Assembly: GCF_001194135.2 (NCBI RefSeq) | Contig: NC_068997.1 | Location: 19,151,281-19,215,280 of the forward strand | DNA length: 64,000 bases | From: Octopus bimaculoides | Lineage: Eukaryota | Reading direction: 5' to 3' | Part shown: positions 1 to 10,445 of the stretch, in pieces | Numbering within the stretch: position 1 is the first letter of the stretch | Layout: the number at the start of each line of letters is the position of its first letter | Program-made: the position numbers and the translations under genes | Notes under the pieces: generated by a model | Told to the model about the DNA's origin: nothing | What the model saw: only the letters and a program-made list of their open reading frames with translations | Database searches by the model: none

Positions 1-55
<55 letters not shown>

Positions 56-689
56 TACATACAGGCATATATATATGTGTGTGTATGTAGACATATACAT
101 CCATACATACACATGCACACATAAATACACGTACATATATCCATACATATATACATATATGTGTGTAGGCATATGTACATATATATGAATGTATGCATGC
201 CCATGTCAGTGTAAAATGTTTATCAAATATAATATGGGTGTATGTTTGTGTGTGTGTGCTTAATGTTTGTATGTGTTTTTGTATGCACATACAAATTCCT
301 TATTTCATATGATTTCTGCATCTAATCACACACATACACACAAAAGCACCAGATTGTCTATACTCAAGCATATACATACATACTACATTATAAATTCACA
401 GGCAGACACACACATTCTACACACACTGTCACACAGTTAAACTGTTATCTTACAACGACATTGGTTGTATTTTTTACTAATCCTGACACAAGTTTGCTTT
501 ACATTTTTATTATATTTATTTTTGTATTTTCTTTTTTTTTAACTTTCATCTTTTCCCCACTCTATATGCATTGAGATTGTATAGTCAGCATATATGAGCA
601 TCTGTTTGTATTTTAGTAATCTATTCATGCATATTTCAAATTGCATTTAAGGAAAGGAAAAAAAAAATGACTTGTATGTTGAATCTTTT

Positions 690-1095
690 GTCGTTTACTT
701 GTTTCAGTCATTAGACTGCAGCCACCCTGTAGCACCTCCTTGAAGAATTTTGGTTGAGTGAATTGATCCCAGTAATTATTTTTTTAAGGCCTGGAACTTA
801 TACTGTTGATTTCTTTTTGCTGAGCTGCTAAGTTACGGAGACATAAACAAACCAGCACTGGTTGTCAAGCAACGGTGTGACAAACACACACGCACGTAAT
901 GGGCTTCTTTCAGTTTCCATCTACCAAATTTACTCTCAAGGGTTTGGTCAGCCCAAGGCTACAGTAGAAGACACTTACCCAAGGGTTTGGTCAGCCCAAG
1001 GCTATAGTAGAAGACACTTACCCAAGGTGCCATGTAGTAGGACTCAGATTGGGACTGAACCTGAAACCATGTGGTATGGAAGCAAACTTTTTACC
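690..1095 (-). mobile_element. tRNA-derived CORE-like SINE (bipartite family with an internal microsatellite)
   Basis: Reverse complement of the family consensus ...gttcagtccc...caccttgggcaagtgtcttctactatagcc...gatggaaactgaaagaagccc. Other copies lie at about 14790, 20811, 28846, 31147, 41213, 43440, 46090 and 60595. The ACCTTGGGCAAGT stretch resembles the CORE/MIR domain. Confidence 0.8.
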
Positions 1096-1339
1096 ACACA
1101 GCCACAGTCTCTTTAACAGGCACCTTAAAATCTCATTACAAAAGTGTCTTCAGTTTGCTGAATATATATATTTTTTCTATGGTTTTGTCAGAGGAAAGGC
1201 AACATGCAGACGGCCTTTTTAGAGTCCCTATGATTAGCTGAGGAAAGTTATCTTCAGGCTGAAACCTTAGTCTGAGAATTTGCAACATGGATTCTGCTAA
1301 AGGGCCAAGTGGTGCTTTTAAACTGGGCAATAAATTAAG

Positions 1340-1562
1340 GCAAATGTGCCATGTAAAAAGCACTACTCACCTCACCTGTGCTTATGTCCATGTAAAAAGC
1401 ACTGAGTCCACTCTGCTGAGTGGTTGGTGTTAGGAAGGGCATCTGGCTGTAAAAACCCTGCCAAAACAGTCACAGAAGTCTCTTGCAGGCTTTGGCCTGG
1501 CCAGCTCTTGTAGTGCTGTCCCACCCATGCTAGCATGAAGATGGACGTTAAACGATGATGAT
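1340..1562 (+). mobile_element. SINE with GGTTGG..TTAGGAAGGGCATCC motif and (GAT)n tail
   Basis: Shared 3' end cccatgctagcatg...ggacgttaaacgatgatgat. Many other copies, e.g. 10875-11067, 22565-22659, 39880-40095, 44591-44792, 53959-54094, 56409-56526. Confidence 0.8.
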
Positions 1563-1836
1563 ATCTTCTTTTTTCGTCTGGCTATAACTTATGCTTGTGT
1601 TGGCTATGCTTTTCAAAGCTAATATCTGAGGGTCATTGCTCTTGTAAGGAATTTCAGTAGTCATTAGGGTTTATATACCTATTCCACCCTTGATATTTTG
1701 TTATCATATTTCTGTTGAAATACACTATAATCATTTTATTTGATTTTGATAATAATAAAGAATTTGGTATTTTATCATTATTAAACTGGTGTTTCCAACA
1801 TAAACAAATACAAACTTATGATGGAAGGTTTTAAAT

Positions 1837-2148
1837 CAGTGGTTCCCAAACATTTTTGAGTTGCTTCCCCTTTGGCACTTGGGCCACATTCCTAGTGCCC
1901 CACCACCACCACCACCACTAACCATCACAAGCATAAGCTACTTTCTGCTCAAATTCAAAACAACTGTATTTCACAAAGAAAAAACTTAACCTAGTTACCT
2001 CCTTATTTTGTTTACTTTTACATCCATCTCCCCCTTTTGGCCACCCCCATTATTACCCTACTTTTCTTCAATGCCCCTCTGGTTCTTTCCACCCCCACCC
2101 CCCAGGTGTGGTGGGGGCGAACAATATTTCCCACTTTAGGAACCACTG
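1837..2148. mobile_element. hAT-type MITE
   Basis: Terminal inverted repeats CAGTGGTTCCCAAAC / ACTTTAGGAACCACTG; 8-bp TSD TTTTAAAT / TTTTAAAC (7/8 match). Confidence 0.8.
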
Positions 2149-3559
2149 TTTTAAACCAACATCACTTTAAATCAGGAAGTTCATATTATAAAATCAAGGA
2201 CAATCTTAATTGGGTTGATAGCAAAAGGGTAAATTGTCTGCAAATTTGTTTAGGAATTTTGGTCATTGTTTCTTGCTTAAAGAAGCTTGAGACATACCAA
2301 TATCAGTTGATTAATTCAAATGCAAGTACTTGAACAGTACTCTATTTTATCAAACCCAAAAGGATGAAAGGCAAAATTTACCCCTCTGAGATTTGAACTC
2401 TGAATGTAAAGCAATTTTGTTTGACTCTGTAATGTTTTTTTTTACCAATCCACTATCTTTAATTAACTAATTAACACTTTGAATTAATGAACACTTCCCA
2501 AATGTTTGTCTACCACCCAACCATGTACTTATTGTATGTTTTTTCTTGTTTCTGCTACGATAGCCTCTTTTTCTTTCTCTAAAGTACAAACAACATTTTT
2601 TTAAAAATTTAACCAACTATCCTCTGAACCAACTCTATCTTTCCCCTGTCTTTTCTACAATTGATACTGCAATAGCCTTCATTACTGACCCATTAACACT
2701 ATTTAGCTTGCCTTTGTCTCTTCTGTTACTACTATTACCACCTACTACATTGTATTCATTCTAAAATAACTCAGTCCAAACACTGGCCCAAACTTCAGTC
2801 TGTGGTCTTCTGATACTTTTATTGATTACAAGGGCCTTTGCACTTTTGGTTATAACCCACCTTCTAACACCTATTCTCCTTCTACCCCATCTACCATTGA
2901 TTATTTAGGTATCTGCTTCTGTAAACTCTTTTGTTGATACTAGACTGGACAGTGGAGAGAATATATGGCCAGACTGACACATTGCTTCACCCCATACAGT
3001 TTACTACTTCATGTTTGAGTGTACAGTATGGTCCTCAGCTAGGTGGAGGCATGCTGTATTCTGGAACATAAGATCTTAGTATCCTACCTAGTTATTTGAT
3101 GGTGTATCTGCATGCCTGAGGTCAACTCAGAGTTAACCTGAGGATTTGAAACAACAACAACTAATACTAGACAGATATCAGTTCCTTCCTCGAAGCTTAA
3201 AACTGTTTCACCATAAGATTTAGTAATGATGATGCTAGCAAGGTCAAATTGCATCAATGCGTAATCTTCCTAACACCAATCATAATGCTATCTATATCAG
3301 GTCAGTGATTTGACATACAGAGGTCTGTTACTAGTAATTGCGTAAACCAATACAACCTTTCTATACTTGTGTTGATGGGAACTAAACTGGTAACCCCTCC
3401 AAGCTTATTTGGTAGACAGAGAATGATTTCTATATAACTGTGGGATAAAAAACAAAATCTGTTAAAAAGTGAGGTCTAATGGACCTGTGGAATTTCAGGA
3501 AACACAACATCCAGAATAAAGTAATCTGAATGCATGATGGACCTCACTTTGTATGACTG

Positions 3560-4955
3560 TAGACAAAGCAGTACTTGGTAAACCAACAAGGAAAGATCAA
3601 GTCGAGCTTAACTGAAAATATCCCTCTTGATTCACTGTTAGAGCCATGCAATTAAACTTACAAAAATGTTTTCAGGTTCCCAACACTTGATCAGCTGTGA
3701 TTTCATGAAGGAATTCCTCACAATAAACTGGTCAGACTTGTTGCAAATATTCAGGTAGTTTGGAAATCTGGAAAAGTTCATGTCTATGACTTTTTCTTTC
3801 ATACTGGCTTCAGGGCTTAGTACATACAGGTGAAGTTAAACTCTGCTCATTTTTAGACTAAGGTTACTTATATGTTAGTGATAGGGATGTTATTTGCTGA
3901 TGATTGTGCCATCGTATTGTGTAATGCAGAGGTTATGCACAGTTTCATATATGCTTTGTCTGGTGCAACCACAAAGTGTGGTTTGAAAATTAACCTCAGA
4001 AGACTGAAATTGTTTATTACCCAAGCCTTATCTTTGACCAGGTGGCACCATTTGAGTTCATTCTTATTAAAAAGCAGAAGCTGGTAGAGGTAAGCTAAGC
4101 CACTTAACCTATCCAGACAATGCATTCAATAACGCTGGTAGGCTCAGTAAGAAACAAGATCACAGAATGAACAAGGTCAGCTTTTCCATTTGGAAGGTTG
4201 AGAGAGTAACCAGAGAACAACAAGCATTTGTCATCAATCCAAATGAAGTACAAAGTATTTAGCAATAGTATTAACCAGATGACTATATGGAGTAAAAGTA
4301 TAGTTAATGTACTGCAAACAGATAAAAACCTACACGTTTCTGTGATGTGATGCCTGAGACAACTCATGAACATTAGTCGCAAAGACATAGTCGAGAATAC
4401 CTCATCCTAGAGGAAACCATTTTTCCTTGCATGGAAGAGATATTGGTGCAATGAAAACTTTGTTGATTAAGCATGTCCAAAGTATGTAAGAAAATTGGTT
4501 GCCTAAATAGATACTCGTCTCACAGTTATCTTGTAGTACAAGAAATTTAAATAGACCCCAATGGATGTACAAGATATAGCTAAATGTAACACAAAGAACT
4601 TGATAATTGCAGCTGGACCATAGCAGCTGAGGCTAGAAGAACAATTGACTTCTGATGCTTGGACTCAAGCAATCTCATATTGTTACTCATCACTGCCTAC
4701 CAATGGTGCAGTCTGCCTACAAAACAAGAACTGTTTACTAAATGGAATCTCAGCTCCTCTAATCTTAACTCTTTTCACTACTGCTCCACTATTAGGCATG
4801 ATAATGGTGATGCTAGCAAGCTCAGACTTGCACATTTTTATTGTACTCTTCCTGACACCAATCATACAATACAGAAATGGAAATAATACTTGTTTTTCCA
4901 CTAGTGTTTCTCACACTTGACAACAACTCTAACCTAACCTAACCTAACCTAACCC
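3560..4955 (+). mobile_element. Decayed RTE-clade LINE, 3' part (reverse transcriptase pseudogene)
   Basis: Interrupted frames give LLQIFR*FGNLEKFMSM, MLFADDCAIV...CGLKINL..LK, HRMNK.S..FGRL and CLRQLMNI, all RTE/BovB-like RT motifs. Ends in a (CTAAC)5 tail. Confidence 0.8.
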
Positions 4956-5710
4956 ATTGACAGATTTTGAACTTGGTGCCCTTCACTTCAATAATCTTAC
5001 TGCTTCACTTAATAACCACACTTATTCTACCTCTTAAAAAACAGATTTAGTCAGTCAGTAACTTCATTCTTTTTATTTTTATTTTAACAACTAGTTTTAA
5101 GCGTTTCAAAAGACTAAAAATGACTTAAGCTGTATGACGATGCTTTAAAAATAGAACTTGATTATAAACTGTGTTATAATGTTCCAATCGTGTAAAAGAG
5201 AATCAAACAAAAAAGAAAATGTAATTAAAAGAAAAGAAAGGAAAAAGGCTTAATTAATTAATAGGGAGGAAAAAAATCTTTAATTACCCAAGTAACTTAA
5301 TTTCTGTCCAGTTCTCTAGTTTTATTTATAATGCTAATCTGGAGGTTTATGGAGAGAGATAGACTTATTAGAGGTAGTTTTGTAGCTTGCTTTGCTCGAA
5401 TGAATAACAAATTGATTAGACAATAATAACAGCTACAACACTATCGACAATGACAACACTATCAACAATAACAACACTAACAACACTTTTATCTGCTGCT
5501 GTCAACAAAACTTTTTACCACTACTGCCAATAATAACACTAACACAAGCCAAGCCAAAACAATGAGGAAACTTTGATGCAGTATTTTAGCCTATTCCTTG
5601 AAGTAGCCAAATCTTTTCAATCGCTCTTGACAAATTGTCTCACTATCTTTATCCCTTTCAATATCAACCCCTCTGAAACCAGCTGTGGTCCTATAATAAA
5701 AACTTCCTGT

Positions 5711-6540
5711 TTAACCCTTTCACTACCATATTTATTCTGAGATGCTCTGTGTTTCTTTCAATTAATTTTAAATATAACAAAGAATTTAGTAAAATAACTT
5801 AGTTATCGTTAAGCTGGTGTTAGGAACATAAATTGGAACTAAGGTATGGTGCAAGATTTTAAATCAGAATTTTCGAAAACAAGACATTTGTATAACAGAG
5901 CCAGAGGCAGTTTCAGCCAGGTTGGTATTGAAAGGGTTAATACTTTAGCATTCAAACTGGCCATGTTCAGCCCAGATATTTTACCTGTTTTATGTTGAAT
6001 CTTTCAGCATTCAGATTACTCTGGGAAATGTGATGTTTCTCTACTCACAATGGTTTGAATCAATTATGCATTATCTTGAAGCTTCAAGATTTCAATGATG
6101 TGGTGGTATATTTTTAGAATGACGTTGAAGGGTAGGTACGAGAGGTCAGGTCTGTCCAGTTTGAACATAAAGCAGGTAAAATATTTTGGCCAGATATGGC
6201 TGGTTTAAAACCTAAAGGGTTAAACTGACCAGCTCCAGCCTCTTACATCTACCCTACAATGTCATTCACAAAATAAACAATCTTATCATCAAAACTTCAA
6301 TGCTACAAGATAATGCATGATTAATACAAGACTATGAATAAATAAGCATTACATATGACAGTAATCCGAATGCTAAAGGGTTAGAGTGATCTAAGTCAAA
6401 ATCTTCCTTCAAAATTTCCCGTTAATTTATGTTCCAAACACTAGATTCAAAATGACAGTTATTTTACCAAATTCTTCATTATTTTCAAAATTTATTGAAA
6501 AAAATATGTATTTCAACAGGAGTATGGTAACAAGAGTTAA
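5711..6540. mobile_element. Cluster of piggyBac-type (TTAA-CCCTTT...AAAGGG-TTAA) MITEs
   Basis: 5715-5936 is flanked by TTAA on both sides with CCCTTT/AAAGGG ends. Further AAAGGGTTA ends at about 6219 and 6380, and a degenerate end at 6540. Confidence 0.7.
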
Positions 6541-6923
6541 ATTAGGGACCTCATATCTTAATTTATGAGCTATGAACTCCATGATAAAGATGGTTTTCCC
6601 CAGCTTGAAGGTTCGATGTGGTTATTTGAACTATTTAAAATAATGATCAAAACTCCCTTTAATTCCTCTCTATCGTCTTTTTTTTCTTTTTTCAAAACTA
6701 TTTGAATTTATCTAGGTGTTCTGCAAAAATATTAAAATTATATTTAACAAATGTGAAAAATACAAAGTTAAATTCTAAATATAAAGTCTTGATAACCATG
6801 TTTCATTTATTGACTGAAGAAATATTTCATCATTTTCTGTAATTTAAATTATTTATACTTATTCCCCCCCCCCACTTCTCTCTCTCTCTCTCTTTCTCTC
6901 TCCATTTGCCATGTTTCTTACAG

Positions 6924-7046
6924 GTATCAGCAATCATGTAACTCCAAGCCAAAACATGCAGATTTGTGATTTTCTTGGCACAGGCCCAATTTCGCCCTTA
7001 GGTGGAGGAATTGGTTCATGTGACATCAGAGCCTGCTCTCACACAT
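6924..7046 (+). other. Candidate upstream exon (123 nt, open in phase 1-1); gene assignment unknown
   Basis: Long CT tract then cttacag| acceptor, and CAT|gtgagc donor. Unique, higher-GC sequence with an open frame ISNHVTPSQNMQICDFLGTGPISPLGGGIGSCDIRACSHT. No recognised homology. Confidence 0.3.
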
Positions 7047-8781
7047 GTGAGCTTGTGAGACTAAGGGTAGCCATCGTCTGAGTTCTGTATACCCTAACCA
7101 CAGAATCATCTTCTGCAATATGACCATAACTGGGGCCCTTCACAGTACTACCACTCGGGGCCGGAATAGGCCTGAGAATAGTCATGACTTCTCAAATTCC
7201 TGAACGTCCTAGCTGGAGCCTCATCATGAGATGCAGTTAAATGTCTTGCCCAGGTCAAATTTATTGACTAAAACATATAAATACTTTCAGATACAGTGTC
7301 TCAAAAAATTCAGCTGAATGGTCATTGTTGGAATGCAACATTTCTTCTCACTTAACATTCAGAGATCAAATTCTGCCAAGGTCAACTTTGCCTTCCATTT
7401 TTTGGGGGTTAATAAAATAAGTACCATTTGAGCCCTGGGGGTCAATGTAATTGACTAGCCCCACCCCCCAATTTCAGGCCTTGTGCTTATAGCAGAAAGG
7501 ATTGTGGTTGTTGTTGTTGTTATTTTGCTTTATTTATTGTTTAGATATCAATGATTGTGGAATTGATCTGAGTTAATGGCCAATCAATAAGGATACTTAT
7601 AAATAGTTATTTGAACTGTTCAATATAATAGCCAAAAATCTACCGCAATGAACTCTTTGACCATCTTTGAAATGTGTGTGTGTGTGTGTGTGTGTGTATG
7701 ATGATGATGATGATGGTGGTGGTGGTGATGGTAGTGGTGGTGGTGGCAGTGGCAGTGGTAGTGGTGGTGGTGGTGGTGGTGGTGGTGGAGGATGTATTTT
7801 AACTGAAAACATTTTTGGTGGTCAGTATGTCTACAATTCAGATGGTCAGCAACAGATAGAAATAGGCTTAGCTGATGAAGATCAAGTTAGACCAGCATAC
7901 TACTATCTTTTGTTCATTATTTTCTTATGCTTGATGCTTAACTAGATTGATATGGCAATAAATTTTAATTGATTTAAAATTACATATTTATCTCCCCTAA
8001 CTTTCTTGACCAGAATTAATCTGGATTTGTAGATTTCTTTTTTTTTTGTTTGTTTATTTATTTATTTATTTATTTATGTGTTTCAGCCAAGTGGCTGCGG
8101 TCATGCTGGTGCACCACCGTGATTTTTTTTTGTTCTTTTTTTTTTCTTTTCTCTCCTGAATATAGGTGTAATAATAATTAATCTTTTTGGCTTGGTTCGC
8201 ATTAAGTTAACACGTTCTAATTTAAATTAACAATGGTCTAATTATATTAGCACCAATTTTCCCTCTTATTTTTGGTAGCCAACATGCACAGGAATCTTAT
8301 GTTGTGCAAATTTACTATTCTATAACAAAGTACATGTGCACTGAATATATAAGTATAATTAGTAATTACTGAATGGGTAATACGTAATAATTATTAATTA
8401 GTACCTGATTTTAAATAACTAGTTTTTTGTGTGCACATTAATTTCTTGTGCGCATATTCATTTCTTTTATGTACTGGTTGCAAAATGTGCATGTGTCTGT
8501 ATACACAGTTCATAGGGAAAAACAGTTAGCACCAACTTAACTATTTGTTTGTTTTTTTTTTGTCCAGAAAGCATCCCTGTGTAAAGCTTCTTCTCCTCCA
8601 GTTTTTCTGTCATTAATAGTAGAAAGGTGGTGGATAAGCAGAACCATTAGATAATTGGACTAAATGTTATGGCAGTATCTGTTCTGACTCTTTACACCCT
8701 GAGTTGAAAGCTCATCAAGTTCAGCTTAGCCTTTCTTTCCTCTGGAGTTGAGTTGATAAAACAAAACTGTCAAGTTTAAAA

Positions 8782-8935
8782 CAGGGGTTGCCAAACTTTT
8801 TCAACCATCGATCCCCTTTAGCCATTTCTCCCTCCGTATCGACCCCCTATAGCCACTTCCCATTCTGCATCAACCACCCGCTTTGTTTAAAATATCTTAA
8901 TACCCTACGCTCTCGTACCATATCTTAAATGCGTA
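8782..8935. mobile_element. hAT-type MITE left-end fragment
   Basis: CAGGGGTTGCCAAACTTTTT terminus after GTTTAAAA, followed by repeated atcgacccc subterminal motifs. No right end seen. Confidence 0.45.
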
Positions 8936-9769
8936 CTGGGTAGTGATGCTGGCAATTAAAATCATCATCATCATCATCATCATCCTTTGGAAGTCCTCCT
9001 CACCTTTGAGAAATTTTTCTGTTTTGAGGTTTTTTTTTTTGTTTTTGTTTTTTTTGTTATTTCTCTACATGTTTTGTGTGTAACTCCACTCTATCATCTT
9101 GGATTATCTGCCACCTCTTTGTCTGCTCTTTATGCAGTGACCTGGCAGAGATGCTGGAGCACCATTAACGTGCCTCGTAGTATTTCAGCTCTCTAATCTG
9201 TGCACTTCATTCAAAGTCCACCAAGGTTAGATTTACCTTTCATCCTTTTTTGGAGGTTGATAATATAATGTACCAGTCAAGTACTAGGGTCAATATAACC
9301 AACAACACCTTCCTCCTATACCTGCCGGCCCTGTGCCAAAATTTGAAACAAAGATGGTAAGCTGGCAGACAGAAACACAGGTGATGAGCTGGACAGAATG
9401 GTGCTAGGCATTTCGTCTGTCTTTAAATTCTAAGTTCAAACTTCACCCAAGCCACCTTTGCCTTTCATCATTGTGGGGTTGATAAAATAGGCAGCAGTCA
9501 ATCACTACTATCATTTATGCTTTATGTAGTTGTTTGATCAGCTAGAAATAGCAGACGAATATGTCTCAGATCATATTCTTTAAAAAAAAAAGTAAATAGA
9601 TAAGGACGTTTTTAGATAATGTAGCCTAATTATAAATGGTCTGAAAAGACATGATGGTCATGGCTGGAATACCTTTGAGCATAGGTTGGTTAGAACTATT
9701 GCTGACCTGGGGTTAAGCAGTAATAAAGCCACTATAGCCATAGCCCTCACATTTATGGTCACAACTACA

Positions 9770-10381
9770 TGTATCACCATGACCACTATCACAATCACAA
9801 CCACCACCACCACCACCACCACCACCACCACCAATACCACTATCATCTCTTCACCACCACAACGGATACCTTATCACCACTACCACTTTCACGACCAACA
9901 CCACCACCACCACAATCAGCACACCTAACACCACTATCACCTCTTCACCACTACTATCGCCACACAGACACCTTATCACCACAACCAATACCACTATAAT
10001 CCACACCATTATCAGCAAATCACTATCAACACCACCACCACTACCATCACTACTATCACCATCACCACTGTTCTCAACACTTTTACTACTACCAACACCA
10101 CTACCGCTGACACCACCACCACCACCACCACCACAACATAGTGACATTAACAACAATCTATATTATTCATTGTTCTCTAATTTAATTAATATCTTGCAGT
10201 ACTTCAAATACCAAACAAGCAATAGTGCTGTTGTTGTTGTTGGTGGTGGTGGTGGTGGTGGTGATGGTGGTGGCGGTGGTGGTGGTGGTGGTGGTGGTGG
10301 CGGTGGTGGTGGTGATGATGGGGGTGGTGGTTGCTTCCCGACTTCTCATGATGTAGCTGGCTCTGCTGCTGCTGCTGCTGT

Positions 10382-10441
<60 letters not shown>

Positions 10442-10445
10442 CACT
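9770..10445. repeat. Compound trinucleotide microsatellite block (CAC)n ... (GGT)n (GCT)n (TAC)n
   Basis: Directly visible; source of the poly-T/H/G ORFs in the track. Confidence 0.95.

Noticed and set aside
4929-4954. True telomere or interstitial telomeric site
   Set aside because: Only five units, at the end of a LINE fragment, and a pentamer rather than the mollusc hexamer. Kept only as a tail curiosity.
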